Source: Mycolicibacterium smegmatis
Lineage (GTDB): Bacteria > Actinomycetota > Actinomycetes > Mycobacteriales > Mycobacteriaceae
Assembly: GCF_001457595.1 (NCBI RefSeq)
Contig: NZ_LN831039.1
Span: 4,110,001 to 4,142,000, forward strand
Direction: 5' to 3'
Length of the DNA stretch: 32,000 nucleotides
Shown: positions 9,582 to 20,631 of the stretch, one piece after another
How the letters are laid out: each line of letters begins with the position of its first letter
Position numbering within the stretch: position 1 is the stretch's first letter
Translations under genes and position numbers: made by a program
The notes under the pieces: model-generated
Told to the model about the DNA's origin: nothing
The model's input: the letters and a program-made list of their open reading frames with translations, nothing else
Database searches by the model: none

Positions 9582-11641
9582 TGCTGCTCCTGGTGGATGT
9601 GGATTCGGATGTTGCCCCACTCGTCGACGACGGCCGTGGTCGACGGCGGGATGACGGTGGTCGAGTCGAGCTGGTCGATGATGGCGGGCCCTTCGATCGA
9701 ATTTCCGGCGACGAGCTCGTCGCGGTCGAACACCGGCGTCGCCACGCGCCCACCAGCTTCCTCGAAGTAGACCTGGCGCACGCCCAGTGGCGACGGCACC
9801 GGTGTGTCCGACGGATCCTGCTGAGGGAAACGGGGTTTCGGTGTCTCACCGATGGCACGGACGCCGATCTGGTAGATCTCGACCTCGACATCGTCACGAC
9901 GGAACGAATAGTCACGCTCATGCTCTTCGTGGAAGAGTTCGACAGCCCTGTCGAGGAAACCGTCCCGGTCGTCGGCGGCGACGGTGAGCGACCGCCACTG
10001 CCCCGCGTAACGCATGCTGATGGAGCGGTCGATCCGCATGCTGTCCTCCTCGACGCCCTCATGCCGTAGCCGCGCGAGGCCCTCCTTTTCCAGCTGTGCG
10101 AACTCGGATTCGAGTTCGGCCGGGTCCACTTGAGAGGCGATGCGCTGGAACATCGCCGACAGGTCGTGGCGGATGTCGACGAGCAGACATCCTTGCGCCG
10201 AGGTGATTCCGGGATGCGGTGGCACCACGACAGTGGGAATCGACAGCTCCTTGGCCAAGGCGGCACCGTGCAGCGCCCCGGCCCCGCCGCAGACCACCAG
10301 AACGAAGTCGCGCGGGTCGTATCCACGGCGGATCGACAGCAAGCGCACCGCATCGGCCATGTTGGCGTTGGCGACCTGGATGATGTTCGACGCGGCGGTG
10401 TCGACGTCGAGGTCGAGGCGCTCGGCGATGCCGGTTCGCACGGCCTGGCGGGCGGCATCGGCGTCGAGCGTGAGTTCGCCACCGATCAGGGACTCACCGA
10501 GCCTGCCGAGCACCAGATTGGCGTCGGTGTTGGTCGGCTCGGTACCACCGAGCCGGTAACACGCGGGACCTGGTGTGGCACCGGCAGACTGGGGCCCGTT
10601 TCGTAGCGAGCCGGCCTCATCGATCCACGCCAGTGAACCTCCGCCCGCGCCGATGGTGAGAACCTCGATGCTGGGGAAGCAGATCGGGAACCCGTACTCG
10701 ACCTGCCACCGTTTGGTGGTGCGGATCTCGCCGTCGTAGACCAGCGAGATGTCCGTGCTCGTCCCACCCATGTCGAGACCGATCGCGTTGGGGTATCCAC
10801 AGCGGGCAGCGATGTCGGCCACCGCGATGGCACCTGCGGCGATGCCCGACGCTGCCAGCCGCACCGGGTACCGGTCGACCATCGCGGGCGTCATCGAGCC
10901 GCCTCCGGAGTGCAACAACAGCAGGTCGCCGTCGTAGCCGTCGTCGCGCAGGGATCCCTCGAGGCGGTTGACGTACCCGCTCACCAGGGGTGCGAGCACC
11001 GCGTTGGCCACGGTGGTCGACGCCCGGTCGTACTCGAAGATCTCCGGCAGGATCTCGCTGGACGTCGAGACCGTGACGTCCGGGATCTCCTCGATCAGGA
11101 TGTCGCGCATCCGCCGCTCGTGGACGTCGTTGACGTAGGAGTTCATGAAGCAGACGGCCACGGTCCGAACGCCTTTGCGTCGCAGGATGCGCGCGACATC
11201 GCGCGCCTTGTCCTCATCGAGCGCGGTGACGATCGACCCGACGTAGTCGATGCGTTCGGGAACTTCGTACCGGTTGCGACGCTGGATGTACGGCGGGCCG
11301 ACGTCGACGTAGGCATCCCAGAGTTCATCCTTCGTACCGTCGCGGATCTCCAGGATGTCGCGGAACCCTTCGCTGCACACCATCGCGGCGGCGGGGAACC
11401 GGCGGGTGATCAACGCGTTGGTCGCGACGGTCGTGCCGTGCGAGAACAGCGCCACCGATGAGAGGTCGACGCCCGCGGACCGCACCCCGGCGACGACCGC
11501 CTGCATGGGGTCGTGCGGGGTCGACGGCACCTTGGCGACGCGGGTGCTCTGGTCGCGCTCGTCGAAGATGCACACGTCGGTGAACGTTCCACCTACGTCG
11601 ACAGCCACCCGGAGGGTTTTCGTGGCTGTGTCCAGCTTCAT
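9578..11641 (-). CDS. hyuA: Hydantoinase A / oxoprolinase family protein (HyuA-like subunit)
   Basis: ORF 9578..11971 trimmed to ATG 11641 (MKLDTATKTLRVAVDVGGTFTDVCIF), with an AAGGAGG SD just upstream. 687 aa. The ATPase-fold motif DVGGTFTD is present. Confidence 0.9.
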   Translation of the reverse strand: MKLDTATKTLRVAVDVGGTFTDVCIFDERDQSTRVAKVPSTPHDPMQAVVAGVRSAGVDLSSVALFSHGTTVATNALITRRFPAAAMVCSEGFRDILEIRDGTKDELWDAYVDVGPPYIQRRNRYEVPERIDYVGSIVTALDEDKARDVARILRRKGVRTVAVCFMNSYVNDVHERRMRDILIEEIPDVTVSTSSEILPEIFEYDRASTTVANAVLAPLVSGYVNRLEGSLRDDGYDGDLLLLHSGGGSMTPAMVDRYPVRLAASGIAAGAIAVADIAARCGYPNAIGLDMGGTSTDISLVYDGEIRTTKRWQVEYGFPICFPSIEVLTIGAGGGSLAWIDEAGSLRNGPQSAGATPGPACYRLGGTEPTNTDANLVLGRLGESLIGGELTLDADAARQAVRTGIAERLDLDVDTAASNIIQVANANMADAVRLLSIRRGYDPRDFVLVVCGGAGALHGAALAKELSIPTVVVPPHPGITSAQGCLLVDIRHDLSAMFQRIASQVDPAELESEFAQLEKEGLARLRHEGVEEDSMRIDRSISMRYAGQWRSLTVAADDRDGFLDRAVELFHEEHERDYSFRRDDVEVEIYQIGVRAIGETPKPRFPQQDPSDTPVPSPLGVRQVYFEEAGGRVATPVFDRDELVAGNSIEGPAIIDQLDSTTVIPPSTTAVVDEWGNIRIHIHQEQQ

Positions 11642-11699
11642 TGCAAAGCCTCCTTTGGTCGAGTGTGGTCCAGTATTGAGCTGCATGAATCGGTCGCCA

Positions 11700-11745
11700 A
11701 TTGGAGAATGTGACTGTGGGCTACGCTGATATTGGAGTTTTTGAC
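11700..11745. promoter_or_regulatory. Direct repeat ATTGGAG-N5-GAC x2 in the hyuA / pucR divergent region (candidate regulator sites)
   Basis: ATTGGAGaatgtGAC (11700-11714) and ATTGGAGtttttGAC (11731-11745) are 31 bp apart, about three helical turns. Confidence 0.3.
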
Positions 11746-11771
11746 AGACGAAGGATCGGGCCGTCACAAAC

Positions 11772-13364
11772 GTGTTAAAGGACGATTTCCGGCTGATTGA
11801 CCTGCTGCTCGACCAGTCACTCGGCCTCGCTCTCGTGAGCGACTGCGACCCCCACGTGCCCGTGACAGGCGCCCACACCATCGAGATCGCCCATCCGTCG
11901 GACTGGCTACAACCGGGAACGGTGATGCTCACGACGGGGCTGCTGTACGGCGAGCCGGACAAGCGCGGCAAGTCGGCCCGGGCGTTCCGCGCTCTGGTGC
12001 GCGAGTTGGTCTCGGCCGGTGTCGCCGCGCTCGGCTACGGCCTCGGCGTGGTCACCGACGACGTGCCGCGCGCACTGGTCGACGAGGCGAACCGCCAGCA
12101 CTTCGCAGTGTTCACCGTCCCACGTGAGGTCTCCTTCATGACGGTGATCGATCGGGTCGTCGAACAGACCCATTCGGGAGAGCCGCACTCCCTGCGGCGC
12201 GTCTTGCAGATGCAGGACCATCTGCTCGACGCGCTCGGGGCCACCGAGCCGGAGCAGGAGCTGATCTCCCGGCTGTCGGCGATACTGCGGTGCAGCGTGC
12301 TGCTCTACAACGAACTCGGTGATGTCGTCGCCTCCTCCGGCAAGGCGCCTTCGCATCTGATGCGTTCCCAATTACGCGGCCGCAGCGGGCATCTGCGCTT
12401 CAGCGTGGGGAAATGGTCGGTGACCGCCGACTCGATCGAGCCAGGCGGTGAGCCGCACTGGCTCGTGGTCGCCTCGACCCGTCATGAGATTCCCGACGCG
12501 CTGGCCCGGTCGACCCTTGAGGTCGCGGTTCGGCTTCTCAACGCGATCGAACGGTCGCGTTACCGCGCTGCGGTGCAGAACCGTGCCAGACAAGCCGCAT
12601 TCGTGCGGGAGCTGGTCGCCGGCGAGATCGTCGACCAGTTCGGCGCCGAAGGACATCTCGAGTCGTTGCGGTTCGGGCATCGGCCCCGATTGCGGGTGTT
12701 CGCGATGTCTCCGACCGCCGATTACGACGCCGGCCGCTGGGCGACCCGTGCTCCGACGGTGCTGGACGCACTGGAACAGGATGCGCTGGACCTCGCAAGG
12801 TTGATGCGCCTGCCCGTGATGTTCGCACAGTTGGACGACCAGCTGATCGGCGTGCTCGCGGCAGATGTGCCCGCGGTCAACGGCTGGATCACGAACCAAC
12901 CCGAAGGCACCGTGTGCGGTCTCTCCGAGCCCTTCCAAGATGTGCGCACCGGCCCCGAGCGCTTCCGTAATGCGCAGCGCGCCATGAGGGCCGCGCAAAC
13001 GCGGAATCTCCGGCACACCAAGTTCGAAGATGTCGGCATCGCGGACTGGCTCCTGACCGGCCATCACCGGGAAGCCACCGTGGCCAAGGCCACCGATCAA
13101 CTGGCCGTACTCGGTCGGCACAGTGGCTACCTGGAGTTCGTTCGCACGTTCTTCGCCAATGACCTCGACGTCGCGGCAACCGCGAAAGCACTCAATGTGC
13201 ACCCGAACACCGTGCGGCACAAAGTCAAGCGTGTCGAGGCGATGTTCGGTGAATCGTTGCGCTCACCCGCGTTGATCACCGCCATCCACCTGAGCCTGGA
13301 AGTTCTCGCTCTCGATCGGTCCGCCGGGGATGGGTCGGGCGGCGGGCCCGCAAGGCCTCACTGA
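11772..13364 (+). CDS. PucR-family transcriptional regulator
   Basis: 530 aa from GTG 11772. PucR-type N-terminal region and the C-terminal HTH TAKALNVHPNTVRHKVKRVEAMFG. Divergent from hyuAB. Confidence 0.85.
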   Translation: MLKDDFRLIDLLLDQSLGLALVSDCDPHVPVTGAHTIEIAHPSDWLQPGTVMLTTGLLYGEPDKRGKSARAFRALVRELVSAGVAALGYGLGVVTDDVPRALVDEANRQHFAVFTVPREVSFMTVIDRVVEQTHSGEPHSLRRVLQMQDHLLDALGATEPEQELISRLSAILRCSVLLYNELGDVVASSGKAPSHLMRSQLRGRSGHLRFSVGKWSVTADSIEPGGEPHWLVVASTRHEIPDALARSTLEVAVRLLNAIERSRYRAAVQNRARQAAFVRELVAGEIVDQFGAEGHLESLRFGHRPRLRVFAMSPTADYDAGRWATRAPTVLDALEQDALDLARLMRLPVMFAQLDDQLIGVLAADVPAVNGWITNQPEGTVCGLSEPFQDVRTGPERFRNAQRAMRAAQTRNLRHTKFEDVGIADWLLTGHHREATVAKATDQLAVLGRHSGYLEFVRTFFANDLDVAATAKALNVHPNTVRHKVKRVEAMFGESLRSPALITAIHLSLEVLALDRSAGDGSGGGPARPH

Positions 13365-13538
13365 CGACCACCAGCGCTCAACCGCGGCGGCGGTCGAGTC
13401 CGGCCCGGTGTTGAAGCACATCACCGACTGCGCCGAGTTCGCGCGTACGGTGTACACCAAGGCTTCGAACAGCTCGGTCAATGCCGGCTCCAAGCGGACG
13501 CCCGCATCGATGACGATTGCGTCGTAATGCCTGCGCAT
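13263..13538 (-). CDS. Hypothetical small protein (91 aa)
   Basis: ORF 13263..13775 trimmed to ATG 13538. By my count, third-position GC rises from ~58% upstream of this ATG to ~85% downstream. No family recognised. The 3' 102 nt overlap the tail of pucR on the other strand. Confidence 0.3.
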   Translation of the reverse strand: MRRHYDAIVIDAGVRLEPALTELFEALVYTVRANSAQSVMCFNTGPDSTAAAVERWWSSVRPCGPAARPIPGGPIESENFQAQVDGGDQRG

Positions 13539-13704
13539 CAGCGTCTTCCGCAAGGTCGATTCGGCGTCCGCACGACCGGTGACGCCTGGGTCTTCGACAT
13601 GAGCGTTCGAACGTGCTGTGTCACAACAGGTTACGCCCCATCGAGCGAGAACCGTCCAGCAAATCTCGTGCCGGAACGCCGGAGGGGTGGTCAGAGATCT
13701 CCGG

Positions 13705-14355
13705 TCACTTGCCGAGCAGTTGGTGGTTGAACGTGTCGAGCAACCAGGCGCGATAACGCCGTTGGCTCCAGCCACGTACCTCGACGAGTGCGTAGTGCAT
13801 GCCCGGATCGTTGTAGAGCCACACCAGGTCGCGGGCGGCGGCGAGGGTGAGTCCCTTTTTGAGGCCGCCCTTCTTTTTGAGCAGTGCGGCGACCGTATCT
13901 GCCCCTTCGAGGCGTTGACCGTCGATCTCGGTCCAGAGTTGGTGTACCTCGGGGTCCAGTCCCGCCGCCGACCGCACCACCTCGTATATGCGCGACACGC
14001 GCTGTGCGGCGTCGCCGAGTATCTCGACGTACGCTTCGACGATCTGCGTGGGATCCGTCATCTCGAACAATCTCCGCACCTGCGGGCGCTGCACCATCGG
14101 CACCTGTTCGTCGTCGCCGACGACCGCCCTGTCGTAGGCGGTCTTCAACAGCCACGGCTTGCTGCCCGCGGCGCAGAACACCGTCGAGCGGCCGACGCCC
14201 GCGGTCTGGGCGATCAAATCGATCGAGGTCGCGGCGTATCCGCGTTCGACGAACAACTCGGTCGCGGTGTCGAGGACAAGCTGCCGGGTCGCCTCCGCCT
14301 GCTGGGCGCGCAACTCGGACCGATAGGGGTGTTTCCTGCTCGCCTCGGACTTCAT
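13705..14355 (-). CDS. TetR-family transcriptional regulator
   Basis: ORF trimmed to ATG 14355 (MKSEASRKHPYRSELRAQQ...), with a GAGGGG SD 5 nt upstream. HTH TSIDLIAQTAGVGRSTVF. ATG 14367 is an alternative start. Confidence 0.85.
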   Translation of the reverse strand: MKSEASRKHPYRSELRAQQAEATRQLVLDTATELFVERGYAATSIDLIAQTAGVGRSTVFCAAGSKPWLLKTAYDRAVVGDDEQVPMVQRPQVRRLFEMTDPTQIVEAYVEILGDAAQRVSRIYEVVRSAAGLDPEVHQLWTEIDGQRLEGADTVAALLKKKGGLKKGLTLAAARDLVWLYNDPGMHYALVEVRGWSQRRYRAWLLDTFNHQLLGK

Positions 14356-14488
14356 CGGACCCCTCATACATCGAAATGAACCACCATTATCCCCGGTCGC
14401 GGTCAAGACGCGGGTGAACACCGCGAGTGCGGCCGCCGCCAGATCTCGTCGAACACCGTTTGAGGGGAATTAATGGGCCTGAGAGCGT

Positions 14489-14515
14489 ATTGAATGGACT
14501 GTAAGTCCAACGAAT
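14489..14515. promoter_or_regulatory. Palindrome, candidate TetR operator in front of the LLM oxidoreductase gene
   Basis: ATTgaaTGGACT-gta-AGTCCAacgAAT. The core TGGACT/AGTCCA is perfect and the outer ATT/AAT also match. It ends 42 bp upstream of ATG 14558, in an AT-rich patch. Confidence 0.5.
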
Positions 14516-14557
14516 GTTCTGCCAGGATCCGCTCGAACATCAGGAAGGCCCTTGACG

Positions 14558-16638
<2,081 letters not shown>

Positions 16639-16651
16639 CATCACTGTCCCT

Positions 16652-17431
16652 CTACCGAGCGACCGGGACTGTTGCGCCGTCGCGCATCAGCCCCTGTATC
16701 AACCCGCAGGTCCACAGAGGCTGATCGAGCGGTACCAGGTGTGCTGCCCCGGGGATCACCGCAAGCTGCCCGGCGCCCGTGGCGTCGACCAAAGCCTGTC
16801 CGCCGGTGTGGAAATCCGGGATGTCGTGTTCACCGACCGCGACCGTCACGCGTCCGGTGAGGTGCCCCAGCTCGACCGGCGTCGGGTCCGACGCCCGCGG
16901 CGGCTCGCCGCGTGTCTTCCGCGACAGCAGGTTCCCACGCAACATTTCGGCGACATGCGCGCGGGTTTCCGGCGGCGCCTGCGATGTGAGCCACGCGTCG
17001 ACCCCGGCTTGCACGGCACCGTCGAGGTCGTCCGCGTCGAGGGCGTCCCGTTCGCGCTGCCATGCCCGGTTCAATTCGACAGAAGGAGGTTGATCGTGGC
17101 GCCGGTACCCGATCGACAGCAGCCCGTCGACGCGAGCCGGCGCGGCCACCGCTGTCTGCAGTCCGACGAGCGCGCCGAGCGAACTACCCACCATCGTGAA
17201 GCGGTCTACGTCCAGGGCGTCGAGCGTCGCAAGGACATCGTCTGCGGGCGTCGTGTCGTGTCCCTCTGGAAGTACCGCCTCACCGTAGCCGGGGAGATCC
17301 AAAGCGATCGCCCGGTGGCCGGCGGCTGCCAGGAGCGGCAGATGTTCTCGCCACATCCTGCGGTCAGTTGGCCTGGCGTGTAACAGGACAACCGTTGGGC
17401 CGGTGCCTGATTCGTCATGGGGCAGTAGCAT
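16652..17431 (-). CDS. Alpha/beta-fold hydrolase
   Basis: 259 aa from ATG 17431. HG-type oxyanion region VVLLHARP and nucleophile elbow GSSLG (MVGSSLGALVG). Confidence 0.8.
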   Translation of the reverse strand: MLLPHDESGTGPTVVLLHARPTDRRMWREHLPLLAAAGHRAIALDLPGYGEAVLPEGHDTTPADDVLATLDALDVDRFTMVGSSLGALVGLQTAVAAPARVDGLLSIGYRRHDQPPSVELNRAWQRERDALDADDLDGAVQAGVDAWLTSQAPPETRAHVAEMLRGNLLSRKTRGEPPRASDPTPVELGHLTGRVTVAVGEHDIPDFHTGGQALVDATGAGQLAVIPGAAHLVPLDQPLWTCGLIQGLMRDGATVPVAR

Positions 17432-17585
17432 CGCGATTCCCAGTTCCCTTCACGGTCACCACGCTAACTGGGCCGATCGCGACCTTGGGGGGTGTGTCGC
17501 TCCCTGTCAATCCTTGCCTTGTCCCGAGAACCGCTGAGGACGCGTGGTTGGGTCCGCCGCTGTGGCATCGCTGCTTCGAAGAGGG

Positions 17586-18230
17586 TCAGGCTGGTACTTT
17601 CACTGACGCGTAGGCGAACTCGGTCAGATAATCGATCAGCGACCGGGCCGCGGCGATAGCTCGCTCCTGGTCTTGCTCCCCGATCGCGGTGAGCAGCTCG
17701 CCGTGGCGGTCGATGGCGATGGCAACATCGTCGGGATCACTCCGAAGGTGCGCGAACCAGAATCGTCGCGACAGCCCCTGCAACGGTGCCATTGCATTCT
17801 CCAGGAACTGATTCTGCGTCGACTTTGCCACCAATTCGTGACCAGCACGAAGAACCCGTTCCAGTTCGTGCAGGTCCCGTTCTGTGAAATTCTTGAACTC
17901 GCTCGCCCGCTGCAGCGCTGCCGCCTGCTGCTCGGGCCGTGCCCGGGTTGCGGCGAGTGTGGCCGCCAACTCTTCGAGAGGACGCCGGGTTTCCAACAGC
18001 TTGAACTGGGCTTCGACCGAAATGGGCGGCACCAAGATCCCCCGCCGTGGCACGACCTGTACGAGGTTGTCACGCGAGAGCCGCTGAAGCGCTTCACGCA
18101 GAGGTGTGCGCCCGAATCCTGACTTCTCCATCAGTTCGGCCTCCGACACCATCACACCGGCCTGGATGTCCTGAAAGATGATCATTCGCTCCAAGACGTC
18201 GTAGGCCTGTGTCGATTTGTTGGGCGCCAT
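17586..18230 (-). CDS. GntR-family (FadR/FCD subfamily) transcriptional regulator
   Basis: ORF 17586..18299 trimmed to ATG 18230 (MAPNKSTQAYDVLERMII...), preceded by a GGGAGGA SD. Codons 18231-18299 are AT-rich at third positions and contain an operator-like palindrome. wHTH SEAELMEKSGFGRTPLREALQRLSRDNLV with an FCD-type C-domain. Confidence 0.85.
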   Translation of the reverse strand: MAPNKSTQAYDVLERMIIFQDIQAGVMVSEAELMEKSGFGRTPLREALQRLSRDNLVQVVPRRGILVPPISVEAQFKLLETRRPLEELAATLAATRARPEQQAAALQRASEFKNFTERDLHELERVLRAGHELVAKSTQNQFLENAMAPLQGLSRRFWFAHLRSDPDDVAIAIDRHGELLTAIGEQDQERAIAAARSLIDYLTEFAYASVKVPA

Positions 18231-18281
18231 CGTCCTCCCGTGCAGTGGCCGAACGTTCGTCCGGCGGTTCTCATATATAAC

Positions 18282-18294
18282 TGGTGTATCACCA
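18282..18294. promoter_or_regulatory. Perfect GntR/FadR-type palindrome TGGTG-TAT-CACCA, candidate autoregulatory operator
   Basis: TGGTGTATCACCA (5-3-5 perfect dyad) fits the general FadR-family GT-Nx-AC operator pattern. On the gene strand it is followed by TATATAT (-10-like). It lies between the CoA-transferase stop (18296) and the GntR start (18230). Confidence 0.55.
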
Positions 18295-18295
18295 A

Positions 18296-19477
18296 TCATC
18301 CCACAACTCGCGCACGCCGGAGAGTTGCGATCTGTCCATCGTCGAAACCCAGTTCCTGCAGGATCTCGGTGCCGTGCTGTCCGGGGAGCGGAACATTGTG
18401 TCTGGTGCGGGGAGCCGCACCAGACAAGTGCACGGGGTGTCCGATGACCGCGCGTTCACCTTGGTGCGGGACCTCGACGGTGACGCGCCGATCGTTGACT
18501 TTCACCTGCTCCTCTGCGAGTGCCTGTTCCAGGGTCAGAAGCGGCGCACACAGGAGGTCCACCGAGTCGAAGCGTTGGACAGCCGTCGCGGTGGTGAGCT
18601 CCTTGACACGCGGCGCCAGGTACTCGTGTGCGCGGTCCCGGTTGGCCGCCTGCTTGGCAGGCGTATCGAAGTCTTCGTCCTGCGACAGGTCTGCGACGTC
18701 GAGCGCCTTACACGCGAGACCGATGGCGTTTTCTCGGAAGAATCCGAGCACGGTGACGTAACCGTCGGCCGTCTCGAAGACACCGCTCCACCACTGTTGT
18801 ACCCAGTTCAGCTCACGGCCGTACATCAGCAGCGATGCGGCTTCCAGCATCTGTTGCGCGATCGCGGTGTCGAGCAGGTTGACGCTGACATGCTGGCCTC
18901 GGCCCGTGCGACCGCGCTCAATCAGGGCAGCGAGGATCCCTTGGGCGAGACTCATACCGGAAGCAAAGTCCGTGGTGGCGACAGGGTTGAACTCGGCCAG
19001 TGCGGAGGGGTCGGCCACGGCACGCGCCATGCCGCTGAAAGATTGGGCCAGCATGTCCTGACCGGCCTTGTGTGTCAGCGGACCGGTCTCACCCCAGCCG
19101 GACGCCGAAGCATAGATCAACCGCGGGTATCGCGCGGCGAGATCGTCGTACGACAGATTCATCCGGCGGACCGCGGCAGGTCGGTAGCTGTGGATCAAGA
19201 CATCGGCACGATCGAGTAACCGGTGGAGAATAGCTTGCCCTTCAGGGTGTTTCAGGTCGATCTGAATACTGCGCTTGTTGCGATTGACCGCGACGAAGTA
19301 CGACGACATCTCGCCCGCAGCCACGGCGTCACGATCGAGACCGCGCATGATATCGCCGCAGCTTCGTTCGATCTTGATCACGTCGGCTCCGTAATCGCCG
19401 AGAACCTGGGCCGCCAGGGGACCTTGCATCACCTCGGTCATATCGATGACAAGCGTGCTCTCGAGAGGTCCGCTCAT
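18296..19477 (-). CDS. Family III CoA-transferase (CaiB/BaiF family)
   Basis: 393 aa. N-terminal VIDMTEVMQGPLAAQVLGDYGADVIKIE is typical of CaiB/BaiF. The start overlaps the upstream acyl-CoA dehydrogenase stop (ATGA at 19474-19477). Confidence 0.9.
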   Translation of the reverse strand: MSGPLESTLVIDMTEVMQGPLAAQVLGDYGADVIKIERSCGDIMRGLDRDAVAAGEMSSYFVAVNRNKRSIQIDLKHPEGQAILHRLLDRADVLIHSYRPAAVRRMNLSYDDLAARYPRLIYASASGWGETGPLTHKAGQDMLAQSFSGMARAVADPSALAEFNPVATTDFASGMSLAQGILAALIERGRTGRGQHVSVNLLDTAIAQQMLEAASLLMYGRELNWVQQWWSGVFETADGYVTVLGFFRENAIGLACKALDVADLSQDEDFDTPAKQAANRDRAHEYLAPRVKELTTATAVQRFDSVDLLCAPLLTLEQALAEEQVKVNDRRVTVEVPHQGERAVIGHPVHLSGAAPRTRHNVPLPGQHGTEILQELGFDDGQIATLRRARVVG

Positions 19478-20607
19478 GACAGCGCCTCCCCTTTGTACAG
19501 TCCCTTCGAGATCACCAGACGCTGGATCTGATTACTCCCCTCATAGATCTGAGTCACCTTCGCGTCTCGCATCATTCGCTCCACGGGGTACTCGCGCGTG
19601 AACCCGTAACCGCCGAGGAGTTGAACAGCGTCTGTCGTTACCGCCATGGCGTTGTCACTACACAGCACTTTTGCCATGGAAACCAGCGAACGAGCGCGAG
19701 GATCTTTGTTCTCGATGGCGTCGACGGCCTTGTAGAGCAGGGCACTTGCGGACTCGACGCGGATCGCTGCGTCGGCGACCATGGCGCGCACCATCTGAAA
19801 TGTCGACAGCGCTGATCCGAACTGGCGGCGCTCGGCGGTGTATTCGATCGCCGTGCGAAGCGCGCCCTTTGCCAAACCGAGTGCCTGCGCCGCGATCAGA
19901 GCCCGACTTCCGTTCAACTCGTCGATGATGTATTTGTAGCCTTGGGTGGGATCCCCGACGACTCGTTCGCCGGGGATCCGGCAGTCTTCGAGAATGACAT
20001 CAGCCGTGGGGCTTCCGCGAAGTCCCATCTTCTTCTCGGGTGGCCCGAAGCTGAGGCCGGCGTCGCTCTTGTGGACCATGAATACGCCGAACTCGTTCTC
20101 CTCACCGGAACGGGCCAGCACCGCGAACCATTCGCCCCAGTCCGCGTTGCTGATGAAGCGCTTCTGGCCGTTGAGAACCCAATCGGACCCGTCACGTTGC
20201 GCCTTGGTGCGAATACCAGAGAGATCCGATCCGCCGGTGGGTTCGGTCAAGCACCATCCCGCTCCCACAGCACCGGTGGAGACATCGGGCACCACCAACT
20301 TCTTGAGCTCGTCGGATCCCTGATGAATGACGGTGCAGGTGCCGGCCCAATTGACCAGCAAGACCATCGCAGTCGAGGCACATGCGGCTGAGAGCTCTTC
20401 CACCGCGATCGCCTGGGCGGCGAGATCACCGTCACTGCCACCCAATTCAGTGGGGTGAGCAAGTCCGGGCAGGTCGGCGGCGCAGAGCGCCTGCCACGCC
20501 TCTTCTGGGAACCGTTCCTGCTCGTCGACGTCACGCGCGTACGGTGCCACCTGGGTGGACGCCAGGTCTTGCATCATCGCCCGGAAATCCAGCAATTCTG
20601 TGTTCAT
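19474..20607 (-). CDS. Acyl-CoA dehydrogenase
   Basis: 377 aa from ATG 20607 with a GAAGGG SD. ACAD signature 1 CLTEPTGGSD. C-terminal signature QLLGGYGFTREYPVERMMRDAKVTQIYEGSNQIQR. Confidence 0.9.
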   Translation of the reverse strand: MNTELLDFRAMMQDLASTQVAPYARDVDEQERFPEEAWQALCAADLPGLAHPTELGGSDGDLAAQAIAVEELSAACASTAMVLLVNWAGTCTVIHQGSDELKKLVVPDVSTGAVGAGWCLTEPTGGSDLSGIRTKAQRDGSDWVLNGQKRFISNADWGEWFAVLARSGEENEFGVFMVHKSDAGLSFGPPEKKMGLRGSPTADVILEDCRIPGERVVGDPTQGYKYIIDELNGSRALIAAQALGLAKGALRTAIEYTAERRQFGSALSTFQMVRAMVADAAIRVESASALLYKAVDAIENKDPRARSLVSMAKVLCSDNAMAVTTDAVQLLGGYGFTREYPVERMMRDAKVTQIYEGSNQIQRLVISKGLYKGEALS

Positions 20608-20631
20608 GGTTGCCCTTCGCTTGTCATACGG

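Noticed and set aside
9487-10482. 331-aa Ser/Thr/Pro/Arg-rich ORF in an alternative frame of hyuA
   Set aside because: Low-complexity composition typical of an out-of-frame GC-rich reading. The HyuA frame carries the conserved motifs across the whole interval.
11642-11971. 110-codon 5' extension of the hyuA ORF that would overlap the pucR start
   Set aside because: ATG 11641 has a perfect AAGGAGG SD and yields the canonical MKLD...DVGGTFTD N-terminus. The extension has no homology-like features and would run through the divergent promoter and pucR.
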